Source: Tricharina praecox (lineage: Eukaryota). Taken from it: a stretch of DNA of 64,000 nucleotides. The position numbers and the translations under genes were made by a program. Shown here in pieces: positions 36,302 through 49,600 of this stretch. Below the pieces are notes generated by a model. It saw only the letters and a list, made by a program, of their open reading frames with translations. It was not told the DNA's origin and searched no databases. The stretch's first letter is position 1, and each line of letters begins with the position of its first letter. The stretch is taken from NCBI RefSeq assembly GCF_024521635.1, contig NW_026250418.1, positions 1 through 64,000 of the forward strand, in the 5' to 3' direction.

Positions 36302-37118
36302 GTTGGATTAGCAACTGCACATCTAGATGCAATGTAACTCATCACATGGATGGATGGATGGTTAAAGAAGGGCAGTCGCTCGAGGCGGTCAGTGTTCTCG
36401 CACCAGCAAGAAGACGTAGGCATGGAGGAGATGCATTCTTGCCCCACTTTTCTGTCATGTCATAATATATGTACATGCATTATGTATGTACTTCTCCCTA
36501 GGAAGCTCATCTCATCGAACTCCACAACAAATATCCGTAAACGAGTCAACCCCGCTGCATTGAACATTGTGGTGGATACGACATTGCAGATCCTCTCTTC
36601 AGCCAGTCAGATCGTGGATGGAGAATACCTACCTATATCGGTATAGTTAAGCCGGGTCGAATCTCGATGGTTACGGAAAACGATTCACATCGAGCGCAGA
36701 CTGCCGGAGCATATATGCGCCTACAACTATAGACCTCGTTTATTTTGAAGTCAGTCAGTTCGTATCTACTGCAGTGACCCGGATGTTCACTGACCACATC
36801 CACTACTACAAGCCGACAAGGTTCGGTGGTGGGTGGGAGGAACACACGGGGCACAAAAGCCGTACTGGGTGGGTAGGTAGGTGTGAATAACGGGGAGGTT
36901 TGACTTCATTCGGTGGGCTCAATAGCTATTGGGTGGGTGCTCAATGTATACCCGTACCTACTGGCAAGTTCTCGAGTGTGATTGAGTGTGATGCAGTACT
37001 AGCTGGCTGGCTTCTCAAGACGCAAGAATATAAGGTATTACGGCTGCGCCGCTGAGGAGAGCAGCCCATGGCTCTACTGACTTAGAGGTGAGGAACGTGG
37101 TCTTGATTCCCATGGGAG

Positions 37119-37392
37119 CAGTGTTCGACATAGTCCGGTCCGTCCGTCCCGGGACAAGGACCAGGCTGGACTCTATCTTGGCAGTCTGTCCGGGAGCGGG
37201 GTTTGGACGGACTAGTCTGAAATGTTTTGTGGTCAGGACGGACTGCAGTCGACTGCAGTCCCCTCCAATCCTTGGAATCGATGGACGGGACGGACTACTT
37301 TTAGGCAGTCCGTCCGAAGGGCCAGACCGGAACAGATCTTGGTAGTCCGTCCGGTCCGGACTGCAGTCCCGACCGAACTATGTCAAACACTG
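37119..37392 (-). mobile_element. hAT-type MITE, family A, copy 2 (inverted relative to copies 1 and 3)
   Basis: TIRs CAGTGTTCGACATAGT...ACTATGTCAAACACTG, flanked by an 8-bp TSD catgggag / cgtgggag (1 mismatch). An 8-bp TSD with CAG ends is typical of hAT elements. Confidence 0.9.
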
Positions 37393-38975
37393 CGTGGGAG
37401 TCCACTCGATTGTCGTTGTTTTCAAAATGATGCCGGAGAGCGGAATTTTTATAATGATTTGAAATGCGGTTGCTGTGGGGTTTGCGGTTTCCTTCCTTCC
37501 TTTCCTTCAGCTCATGTATTGAGAATCTTTTGGAGAGCTATAGATGGACGCTGTAACTACGTAGGTGCGGGTTGGTTGATATCACGTACTCTTGGAATGT
37601 TATGGGTACGGCGTAAACGTTTTTCCGGAGTTTGGTGTTAAAATTTGGAAGAGGAGTCGATTCGTCGTTTCTCTGTGGCAATTGAGACTGACACGAAAAC
37701 TACTACAAAAGTAATGGCAAATTCGAGGGTACGACAAGCATTATGGTTTCGTTGTCACCAATATTCCGTGGATGAGGTGATACATTGTGATGTATCTACA
37801 TACTCTATTAGGGTAGGGTTTCTCATCCTTCACTACTCTAAGCTGCACCAGTTATTACATCAAGGCTTAAATGCAGACTTTATGATGCCTTTAGAGTGCC
37901 AGAAGTCTTCGGTCGCCACCAATAACGCATCTATTTGAAAGCCCCAGGAGCCCGTCTTACGCTCCCAGGGACGATTCATGTCTTATCACTCGCTTCATCT
38001 TCGAATGGGCTGTTGAACTTTTGGTGGTAGGTATTCGAGATAGTATTCGACTGAAGAAGAGATCTAAGATAGAAGTCTAGCTAGGTGGGCAGGATCAAGC
38101 CCTTTTATAGGTACCAAGACAGCAGATCCTCAATCGTACAGAAGAGAGAGCAATCAACAGTGAGGACGACAGAAATGAGCAATCCGCGAGTCGGCCGTGA
38201 AACAAACACAAACAGTGAAACAAACTCGTGACAAGGAAACAAGCAAACGAATGATACCCATGAACGATCAATCAGACAAACATGACACAATCAACAGGGG
38301 CCGTGTCGTTAATACTACATTTTCAATTCCGTAGATAGGTCGCATGAAGTACAAAGAAAGAAACAAACGTGTTTGATACCGTTCAATACATGACATGCTG
38401 CGTGGGAAATCCGTGATGTAACTCGGCGTGAGTGTCTTCGGGTTTGCTGTGGTCGCTATGGACTTGGTTGGGGAGGGCGAGGATAATGGCGGAGCTTTCT
38501 ATCCCCTCAGCATAGCACAGCAGCCGGTATCTCGGTGAGCAGCACACACAGATGTGTAGGTACGATATATCAAGTGGTATAAGTCTCCATCCTTGTGATG
38601 CCTCCCGGGTCACGGCGACTAATTGTATTCCCGTTGCTGTACGGAGGCCTTAGCACCGTCTCTGCCGCGGCTTTTTGCCCTTTCACTGCAAAATGGTCAG
38701 TATATCCGGGCCACTGTTTTTACCTATTTGTTTGGGGCGTCCCACCGCTCGGGAGCCGTTCTCATGGTTCCAGACATATCCGTCAGCTCGACTGCTCGCA
38801 TCCTGCAGACCGGAAGGATGAGGTGGAGGTTGACCGTCTATGCTGTAGATGATGATTGAGCAAGAGGAAGAAGAAGAAGAAACTCCGCGGGTGCCAGGTT
38901 TGTGGCGGAACTTGTCCGTTGCGGGAACACCCACCACTTTATAGGTATCGAATTCATGTTTGCAGCACTGAAAAA

Positions 38976-39120
38976 ACCCGCGTGGTCTAGTGGTTTAGGC
39001 CATGCAATCGCCGAGGGGAATCGAGGGAAAGCTCGGGGTTCAAGCCCAGGTGAAAGACTCAGCTCTTGGTGTTTCCAAGCTACCCGCCGGGGGTGGTGAT
39101 GGTTTTTGTTTTTGTTTTTG
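38976..39120 (+). ncRNA. tRNA-derived Pol III-like unit (tRNA pseudogene or SINE head)
   Basis: A-box TGGTCTAGTGG at 38983-38993 within a pairable D-arm (GTCT/AGGC), B-box GGTTCAAGCCC at 39037-39047, and T-runs (TTTTTG x3) at ~39103-39120. Acceptor, anticodon and T stems do not pair, so it is not a functional tRNA. Confidence 0.55.
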
Positions 39121-40112
39121 GCGTCACGGAGGGAGCACTAGTCAGATATCACTCGGTGATATCACGTGACACGCCTCACGCTGCTGGCCGCGGAGGTGAG
39201 GATCCAATTACTACCAAACGCCTACCTACCCGACTTCGCCTAAATAAACATTGCAACTTGACTCGCTCTATTCCTTCACAGTGTGCCTTTACGTTGGTTA
39301 GCCATGCGCGCGCCGGACCTCGCTAAAAGCCTACTCTGAACTCCACCACCCTGCATAACGGAGAGGAACCGGACATGTGCGCAGCTATGTACTATTCAGG
39401 TCCAATGTTATGATGATTGAACAAAAAAATTCACCACTTTGACTTGCGAAAACATCGGGTGTGGTATTTAACGGCTGGAGCGAGACAAAGCTGATGTTTA
39501 CGTTCTCGCCAGCAGTGACCTACTCCTACACATGCATACCTCGTACCACTGGATAACTCGGATCCTGAGGCCCACCTAAAAAAACTTACCCTTAGGTATA
39601 GCTGAACACTCGGCCAGACATAACTGACAGGTTCACTCCAGGTACAAGACGCTAGAGCATATTCTACAAGCACAATGCAGCCTGATCGGTTGATTCGCTC
39701 GATTGCATTTCAAGACTCTAGCTCGGGGAATGGTTGAGTACGTAACACCCACTGTGCTTCCGACAGAGCTCGGGCGTGTTGCCAAAAGCTGCGATGCTGG
39801 CATGTCATCCCGTCCAATCTGCAACCAATCCCGAAGTATCTCTTTGCGGTCGAGTGCTGCTATTGGACATGTTCTTTGAAAGGTTGAACAGAGTTCAGCC
39901 GCACTGCAGAGCGACATTCAGCAGGGAGCGACATTCAGCGGAGTAGTCCGACAACAACAATAACAACAACAGTCGAAGCAACCACGTAAATATGGGGATA
40001 TCTCCGAAAAGGCGGAAGAGGTCCAGTCTCTTGTCAGCCTTCCACCGACTCCGCAAGCGATACCGTTGCCGGTCCTCGTCGAAACCGTCCGTTCCCTCTC
40101 CACCCACACACG

Positions 40113-41653
40113 ATGGCCCCTACCGAATTACCAGCTCTACGCTTCGCCGCGCAGGGGGAAACGATATGCACCAGAACGACCTGGATCAGTGTCGCAAAGT
40201 TCATCCTGCTGAACTACGTCACGCATGTGTTCACGGTGGTGTCGGCTCCGGGAGCAACAAATCTCCAGATTTTTACTGGTATGATTGCCGCTCTCTTCAT
40301 GCCGTTCTTGGGCACCTGGAGTGCAATCGTCATCATCATGAGACGCCCCGCCGTACTGCTTTCCTCGTTCCGGGCCGCTTCCGAGAGCGGCGCCATGTGC
40401 ATGGTTGTCGGCTGCGATAAAAATGGCGCTGTTATGGTGCCAACTGCTTTTGCGGATGAGGGGCTGTGCCTGGAGGACTTGTACGTATCGACTCTTCCAT
40501 CACCGTGCAAACGAGCGTGTGAGTTGACCGTAATGCTCGCACAGAGAATGGTCCCAGAACGACTTCAGGTACGTCCATGGAAACCATCCGGTGGCCAGCG
40601 GTGTCTGTCGCCCCGGCTACGGCATCCAGCGTCTGGAGAGCGTTATCGGCAAAGACATAACATATCACCTGATCCACATCCCTCCGAAATATCGAATAGA
40701 ACCGCTGCAGGAGGGCTGCGAGCTCGAAGACATAGAAATTCCGAATTCCTACAACTTTGTGCAGGCGATTGCCGCGATCGCACAGATTTTATTTGCCAGC
40801 AAGGAACTGTATGACTCGCGCGGTGCCCAGATCAATCAATACGGCTATGCGGCGTTCGGATTGACGGTAATACCGTACCTTTGGATGTCGTTTCTAAACC
40901 TCTTTGCGGCGGTGTTGCACTCCCACTACTCGCACATGTACCTCGTGCATTATGGTGGCGGTGAAGAGCTGAACGACAGCACCCCAGCGAACGAGAACAC
41001 TCCATCCATCGACGGCACGGAAGAGGGGAAACGGGCTAGTATCAACGTACGCACGATTGATACGCCGGAGGATGACGCTCAGCGGGAGAAGAATCCCGAT
41101 GCGCAGGCGCTCGAACGACGGCGAAAAGCGGAGTGGAACCAAGCATTACGAGATTCTGTGATCGGTGCAGTAGGATTGGTATACATTCGTCCGGAGACCC
41201 TCAAAGAGGCGCCATACCAGAGGGTACGTTATATATGGCGGGCTATGGTCTTTCAGAGCTGTGTTGACTGATTGTTGTAATTTTTTCCAGTTATGGCGCT
41301 TATGCGAGAGCCTCATAACCGGCAAGATATTGGACACGGGCACACTCTGCAAGGAGATCGGCCATTTCGTCATATGGGGTGTCTCGCTCCTCATCCCCTA
41401 CATCATTATACACTTCATGACGCGCTTCGAGGCAGCCAACAGCACTGCTGTCCAGCGGTTCGCCGTTGTCGGTTGGCTCGCTATGGGACAGGCACTGGCG
41501 CTTTTGCTACCATTTTTGCGCTTGTATGGTAAACCCTTGGCCAAGGGGCTTCATTTCTTTACCATGATGTTGTTGTTGATTCCGGTGGGGGTCTTCTCGG
41601 TGGTGATCGTTTCCAAGATGATACTGGAGAGCGGTTTTTGCACGAAGATGTGA
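40113..41653 (+). CDS. Uncharacterised multi-pass membrane protein, 3 exons (40113-40480, 40545-41223, 41291-41653), ~469 aa
   Basis: Two GTACGT...CAG introns join three ORFs into one stop-free frame (1410 nt). It has several hydrophobic helices and the motif SRGAQINQYGYAAFGLTVIPYLWMSFLNL. Confidence 0.8.
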
Positions 41654-43304
41654 CTAGCAGCCGGCTTTGGAGTTTGCAGGAATTTACCGGTATCTATGTT
41701 TGAGAAATTTGTCAATGACCAATTTTCTGTACCGAAGGCGCATCCAATGCAAAGGTGCCACATCGTCGTTGCTTCGGCGTGGAAGTGACTACTAGTGCTG
41801 AAGCTGCTATGATCTCGCCGAATTTGTGCGCATGTTGAGAGTCGAACCTCCATTGTAGTTTTCCTCGGTACCGGATGGGGGGGGGGGGGGGGGGTGGGGG
41901 GGGGAGGGATATACTAGCACGGGATACCGGTACTACTCGCAGGAACTAGGGAGTAACAGTTTAGGCTAGTACCGAACGATTCCGTGATTTACTGTGATTG
42001 ACCATCTGCCCCGTTATTTGCGTCATGGCGACGCAGGCTGGTACCGGCCGTTGAGGTGGAGTGCCGCTGTATTCAACACTGTACTATACTGTAAGTGTGC
42101 CGTCATAAGCACTGTAACAGCCGGTACGGAAACAGGCTCCAAAATACCGCCGGTACTGAGCAGTACACGTCGATATTGTATGTTACCTGACAGTATTTGT
42201 GCAGCGGGGTCCCCCACCCCACGTAGTGACGATCCAGTTAGGTCGAGGGGCGGGTGCCGCGTCCTCCACAAAATTGGGTCGACAATTGGCACCACAGATG
42301 ATTTGGATGAGGAAGTACTAAATGTAGCGGATCTGTGGTGATGAAGTTGCACAGATATTCTCTCACGTGTGGTTCACTAAGTTCAATGCCCTGTCAACGC
42401 CCTGCATACATACTGCAGGGACCAGATGGCTTCACCACAAGCCATTTCCAGGCATCTCCCAGCGTGGTGCCTGTGTGCATTAGACCTCTGGAACCAACCA
42501 GGGATCGGTGTACTCTATGCATGCCAATGACGCCGAGATACGCATGATGTGGTTTATTTATGGACGGTTGGCAGGTTATCTCTTTTCTTGGAACGTTCAT
42601 TGATGTTCAATTCAAAGTCTCAGCTTTGATATCCTATTCGTTGCTATGTACGTAGCCAGTTATCGCTCAAATCCTTGAGGAGCTCTGATCTGTTGTGCAT
42701 ATGTACGGCGCAGTTTTGAAGTTGCCGCCGTGAAGTAATAAGTCATTCCGTTTCATGCAAGGACGATCCGACTATTGAAATGTTGTCATCAGGATGGGTC
42801 CGCAGTTCCTGGACCGTGGCCGTTGATAGCCGGACTGGCCGGATCGGGTGGCACCGAACGTTGCAGGCAGCAGAGGAGAGCCATATGAGATGGCTCTTCC
42901 AAGTTGAATAGAACCTCAACTTCTCTATCATCTTTCATTTTCGCCGTTTCCTTTCCTAGTCTACGTCAGAACGCCAATCCGCAACCGCTATCGCTTTATC
43001 GCATCCGATACCAACTAGTACCAGAACCTGTCTCAGTATATTGAAAGAGAATCAACCAAACCCGGAGGTCTTCGTAGCCTAGCCTAACCAACCTCTGTCG
43101 CGAGCTTGAGGACGTGGACATGGGATCATCAAAGCCGAGGTACCCGTGTCGGTGGAGATCTTTCTATCTCCCGAAACCGGGTTATTACCGGATAGAAATC
43201 CGAACGATTCGTGGGGTTCTTCTGCTGTGTTGCACTGAACCGGACTGACGGGACGGGTTGGGTTGTCTCAATTCAAAGTAACTAAGCCTTATCGTCGATC
43301 ATAG

Positions 43305-45360
43305 TTAGCGCTTAAAGCAGGCCGCGCACTCTGCAGAGCCTAATTTAACTTCTATGGGTGTTTCGAACTTTCGATCGGGAAACAGAACTTCTAATAATGC
43401 GCTCGCTGGATGTGAAGTATATACCGGTAGTTCGTCGCTAACATAACCGAAACGCCGGCAGAAATCCCGCGGCATGGACGGCACACAGGGGAAAAAAACG
43501 CCGGCAGATCGCACAAAGTGCCGGATCGCAGTATTCAAAATAGCGTGCTCTCCCTCACTTCATGGACGGTTGCCGTACATGAAATTGGGCGCGTTCATCT
43601 GCGCGGTTAATGTCATCTACCGCAGCTCGCAGCAGGATCGAACATCACCATCATTGCACGAATCAGATCTTATGGACGGAATTTCTCGCTTATCGCCGCT
43701 GGCGTCGATAGGAACGGCCCGGATCACCCCGGCTCTCATCACCTCAAGGAGCAGGTGATGACCAGCGATCTAGCCTGCCCTACTGTCCGCTGAGACACCC
43801 ACCGAACCGCCGATGGAGATGCCAATTCCCACCGACCATGGGAGGATATCGGGTCGCCGTGGATAAGAGGGACGTACTTCCAGGCTGGATTTCGCGGTTC
43901 CACGGTCGTCGAACAGGAAAAGCGACCACATTGTTTGTCCCCTCCGAGCGCCGCAATACGATGCATCCATGGTCCCTTGCTGCCCAGTGAGGGCGAGAAT
44001 TCAAAGCCGATACTCTAGCATCTACACTTCGACGGCGACATTAGTACATCACAGTCACAACCACCAACTGTTCTCCTGCGTTTGTCCCGTGTGGTGGACC
44101 ACCATGAACCAGTGCAGTTCTACTTCAGCTCCGCAACACCGCAAATTCAACTTTCGAACCTCGTACATGCCACAGCACCTAGCCTTCGACCCTGGGGTAT
44201 AGAGACCAGTTGCCTCCAGACTCTGGAGCAGAGCGATTTTGTAACAGTTGCAACACTCAACGCAACCCATCTCACCATCCGGATCTAGCCGGCGAAGAAG
44301 AGTCGAGTTGACCCTGACCAGGAAACCCATAGCCACAGTGGATCTGGCAGCTCGACGATCTGTTTCAATGGTCGACCTGAAATCCTTGGCCGGAAGTTCT
44401 GACTGGCCCGGATGGCCTCGAGCAATTGAAACTGATTATAATCCCCAGGTCCCTTCTTTAGGTGGAGGCAGTCGTCATAGATAATTTGGCAAGAGGCGCA
44501 TTTCTAGGATGTTCAGAATCCTGCGTAGAGATGGCAAGACGATGCGCCCGATGGCGACAAGCTCGCCTGATATATTTTGGCCGCCGTTTCCGGTTGCTCT
44601 TCCGGATTCATCGCACACGACGCGAACTTGCTCGTTGGAAATCTTTCTCAACCCCAGCACCAGTTCCGTATCTCGCTTGTCGCCTGTTATTCTTCCGCAG
44701 GGGTTTGTGCGGAGATTATTTCGATCATCCGGAGCGCCTTTGCTCTAAGGTGCGGTGGCGACACGGTCAGCAGCAACCGATTGGATTGACACGGCACCTT
44801 CCATTCGAAGACCCTGGAAGCCGGGAGATCCTCATCGAAGCACCCACTATCCGCCTCTGGAGTTCTGTTTATAGCCCGCAATCCCGCTCCATCGAGCTGA
44901 GTTCCTTAGGCAACATCAAAAATGGCGGTCACGATACGACTCGATGATTGGTCGGGGAAAGGATTGGTGCCGATGTCTGTTACTAGAGGGCCCATTAGAG
45001 CTTCACGATCAAGATGGGATGCGGATAACAGCTTCGCTTCGTGTTTTGAAAGAGAAACGGATATGATGGATTTTGCTGGTGGCGTTCGTCCGTCCGACAG
45101 GGAGCCCGAAAAAAAGGCGTGGAGTCGGAGACCGAGTGTTGAACTTTGGAGGTCTGGGAACAGAGGATCCGCGGCAAGAAATACACTGGTAGGTTGGGCG
45201 GCTGCACACACACCCACGGGGTAGGCAGCTGTGGTAGGAGTGTATGAAGGGTGGGAGGGCTGGCTTTCGGTCTGAGGCTCCACGCCTTTCCTTTCGCGCT
45301 CCTTGTCAGACGGACGCCACCCGCAAAAGCCATCATAATCGTTCCGCTTCCTGCATCCAC
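43305..45360 (-). pseudogene. Probable decayed gene of unknown family
   Basis: A run of protein-like minus-strand segments broken by stops and frameshifts (ORFs 44906-45283, 44687-44881, 44475-44660, 44055-44336, 43305-43538). I recognise no motif. Confidence 0.3.
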
Positions 45361-45459
45361 AAAGAGATCTACGATGTCTCCACAGTTAGCTGTATAGAGT
45401 TATAGTGTCCTTTGATTGTGATGTGAGTTCCTCAAATTTCTGTGTGTGTGTATGCATCT

Positions 45460-46620
45460 AAATTAAAGAAAAACAAAATCTAGGAGATAAACTGAAGACC
45501 AAAAGCCTCAAGGAGAACAATCGGACAGAATATCCTCATCTCAACAATCATGTACGACCACCAGATATAATCGAACTGTAATAACATGCCTTACAAGCGA
45601 AAAACTCCGACCAAAACCCCGTCTAAATGCAATAACCACTCCCCAGAATTACGGAGCGGAAGGAAATCCAAAAAATCAAGCACCGGGTCGCGCCAAAAAA
45701 TAGCAAGATAATAATGTTGTGTCTTCATCGGGGAAATGCAAGGAACCGATGACAGAGTGACAGGGACGATTATGGAGCGTAAATAATTTGACTGTGGGGG
45801 CCGGTGACGGAGCATCACTCGTGGCGTTTCTTCTTTGCGCACCGAAGGTCCTCGTCGGCTGGGGCAGGAGATGTCAGCTTCCTCTTAGCCGTTGGGGAAT
45901 CGGGAGGGAAGCTGCTCGGCGGTGACGACGACGACGAGTTGCTGCTGGAGAAAGATTCCGCAGATGGAGGAGGCGGAGGTGGGGATGGGGACGGAGGTGG
46001 AGGTGAAGACGGGGATGGAGGTGGAGGTGAAGGCGGCTGTGGAGGTGGAGGTGGAGAGGGGGGTGGAGGTGGAGGTGAGGGTGGAGGTGGAGGTGGCACG
46101 CCGAACGCAGCGTTGGGTAGAGCCAATATTGCGTTACGGTCCCCAACGAATCGTTCGTACCCCGGGGCAAACACTCTTTCAACCCAACCCGGACAAGAGA
46201 CTTTCGTGCTCGGTTGGGCAACTTGGCCGGCGCCACCGTTATCACTGCCTGAATCGCTTGCGCTTTCATCTCTCGCACTGTTGGAGACACTTCATGCCCA
46301 TCAGTCGACGCACGAACCTCGACTCGGTAGAGGGAATACACACCCATCTGTCATTATAGGGGTCGCCCCGGACACAAGACTTGGAAGTGGGGTAGAGGGG
46401 TGCATAGTGCTCCAGTTTCTCGGGGTGCTGTGCCGGGTACGTAAAACAAGGGACTCGGAACGAAGGCTGCGACGAAAGCGGGTGCAATGTGGTATCTCAG
46501 CGTGAGCTTGAAGTCACGATGCTGGAAGGAGCGAAAGGTTTTTGCAGATTGAGGGACTTTATAAGTTCCTTCAATATGCTCGTACTCTGACTGGAACCCC
46601 TAGCTGGATGTGCGAGTGCG
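45460..46620 (-). pseudogene. Decayed copy 1 of an unknown duplicated gene family
   Basis: SCPGWVERVFAPGYERFVGDRNAIL, a Pro-rich tract, KRKLTSPAP...KKKR, then RDPVLDF / DGVL / LLQ / YLLDFV. Homologous to 53254-54663 and carries stops and frameshifts. Confidence 0.65.
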
Positions 46621-49600
46621 TCGAGGATATAAAGACAGAAGGAAATCAGAACAACAAGCGTGGGAGGGGGACTTTACGGTAGGACTGCTCGAATTTCTTT
46701 TGCTCTTACACCCTACCAGATACACACCAGGTAGCACTGGGAGAAAGTTCGCAAGCCTTCTATGTTTTTCCAGGATGTCACAGTTTACCACCAATACTCT
46801 CCCGCGTGCAATGTCACTAGCCTACTACTAATAACTACTCTCCCGTATGCAATAACACTGGCTCTCGGTTATGCTCTGAGAGATCCTTGAGTTGACCGTT
46901 TGCGAGCCTGGTTAAGGAATGGATGTGCTGCCCTACACGCAGAATAATCAGTCAGTCGTAGTTCGGTGTCAGTATAAAGGGTTCATCCCGGGTGCCGGAT
47001 CGCACACTTTTCGGCAACAGCAGAGCTTTCGGAAATGTGATGGACGTCCTCACTGACGCGTTTCGGCTGCATCTAACAGTAACTGCATGTAATGTGAGCT
47101 CATCAACGTGGGAGCTCATCAACGCGAGCCTTTCACCTGAAGACACGATATTCAACCATACGTTTCACCATCATTCACCATGGTGTTCGACCGCAATATA
47201 CTCAACTGGCTTGCTGAAGTTCGTTGCGGTGTTGGGAAAAACAATCCGGATTCCGAGAAATTGCGAGTAGGAACTGTGAATTTCCCTCGTGCCCTCACCG
47301 ATGCCCCTATCAAATCCGGAATGCTTATGACCAAGTACCGGGGAGTTTCAAGTTTGTCATGACCGGTACTTCAGCTGTGCTAGCTTCTACGTTCTACAGG
47401 TCGTGGGTCTTTGGACGGAACCTAGGGTGAGTTAATCATCCCAGGTTTGCCAGGCTCACTATTCAGACCGTAGATTGCGATAGGCATTGAATCCACAGCC
47501 CATGAGCTGTGATATGTATCATTGGTTGGTCCAAACGGTCTTTTCACCGCGAGCCTTTTAGGGTTCTAATTCTTACGACTACGCAGATATCCCACCGGCC
47601 CTCTGTACTTTACAACAACCGGCCCCTCACCACCACAACTCCTCCTTATCTGCTTTTCAACGATTCCATCATCTGTGGTCCTGGCTGTTCTCTTTGCTGA
47701 GCGAGAGTACCATTGGTTCCTTCCGGGTGATTACACCAGCGAAAATAGGCCGACGAGCTCGCTGCAGGAAGTCGAAACCAATATTCCCATTGGGGGCTTG
47801 GAAGTCAATAACCCCTAACAGTAATCCTATTACTTCGTCTGGATTCCAAAGGTAACTGACTCACCACTACCACCACCACTCCAGCGGTGTTGGCCATCTG
47901 TAGACCCCAAATCCAGCTGACTGGCCGTTAGCTACACCGATTTATGCTGTGGCACAACCGTGAGCACTAAAAATGGCTTGGGTGGCAAAATTGATGTTTT
48001 CACATCAACTCAACAAACCCACCAAGAATGAGAAAAAGAAATTCCCTCATAATGTATACTCACATTCATCATACGGAGATAAAATACGACAAGCTAGGCC
48101 GGCGAGCTATTCCTTTGCTCCTTTCTTTTCTTTCCCCCCGACTTGGAACTGGGGAGGTTGCTTCGTGCGGCAGATTGATGAGTTCATCTATAGCTACGGT
48201 AGGAAGATAACACCGATACAGGTCTTATTTTTGTGTCTGGCAGGGTGTATTTACCCGACGGGTTTGTCGCGGTCAAGACATGACCGACCACAGGAGCCGC
48301 CTCCTTGGAGATCAAAGGTCTAGAAGTTCGAGGTGCCCTGCGCGCAGAACACCTTAGATGACGTACGAATTGGAGCGAGCTACTTAGTTCGCTCACTGGC
48401 TCGGTACTCTAGCTGATCGCTGTGATGCGCGGCAAGGTTGTTAAACTTATCCGATGGTCCGTTTGAATTGGCAAAAGCAGCACATCAGTACCTGAATATC
48501 GAACTCCGTTTAATTGTGATATAATAACACCATAATGTGGAATAGGGTGGGGGTTTTTTCGTTCGTCCATCCTGTGAGTACCGATCTGGCGCGCTGCTCT
48601 TGCTTCCCTCTAGCCGCGGCTACCGACTCGACTCGGCCACGGCATCGGCAGGGAAAGTCATGGCAGCAGTCCGATGCGCTCACTTCTGCTTAAACGGAAG
48701 GCGAGAACCTACCGAAGAATGCAGAGGGCCGCGCTCGTCTGCTTTTGGGGCTCCACGCCAGGCGTTGCGGAACGGCCCCGACACAATCATCTCTCTATCG
48801 ACGCGTCCAACCCCTCCACTGCCCCCATAAGGTGCTTAATGAGGCCTCTACTGTTTACCTATTAGTGTGCACGCCAACCAACCAGCCATCCAACCAACCA
48901 ACCAACGTGACGCCAGAAAGATACTGCGATATCAGGTGTGACAGCTTCCGGAAACTTTCAGTATCCAGCTGAAATGATGTCGTTGGACAACGCGGCTTTA
49001 AGGATTTTCGCTTGTTCACAGGATCTAGAGCAGTTACGGCTACGGTAGTAGTTGGTGATGTATTATTCGCCGGCTTTGCAGGACTGCCACCATCAACTAG
49101 GTTCAGCCCTCTTATGTATGGTAATGCTTGGTCTTCGGTACCTAGTTCCAAACTAGGTACCGGGCGCTGTCAATGTCAGACGAACCTGGATCTCCTTATG
49201 CGTACTATTAGACCCGCCATTTTCTGACGTAGATTGCGGCCCGCAGCGGCCCTTAAAAGGTGGGTTCTCCACCATCTCGAACCTAGATTCAAGCTTGACT
49301 GCTAATAGGTACGATATCTAATGGGAAGCCAGGCACCCAAAAGAAGAAAAGGAGACGGAGGCTTTGGCACGGTCATACCTCCGCTTATAGCTCCTGGGGG
49401 TTCTCGAGCGTATCTCACTTCCCCAAACCAGCAGGTCGTCCGCGAGTTCGAACGCTATTCGCAAGCCCAACGAAACACGGAACGAACAAAAACCGCCCGG
49501 GAAACCGCTCGGGGGCCAAAAATTGTGGCGTGTTGCCAAGATATGTAGATCACCGGAAGGCTCACTGGTGAAATCATTCAGCCCACCGTGCCGGAGCCAA

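Noticed and set aside
42041..42127. Imperfect 12-bp inverted repeat GTACCGGCCGTT / AACAGCCGGTAC as a MITE
   Set aside because: No TSD and no second copy in the window.
45804..46505. 233-aa Gly-rich plus-strand ORF
   Set aside because: Antisense reading of the Pro-rich tract. The conservation with the 53-54 kb copy is in a minus-strand frame.
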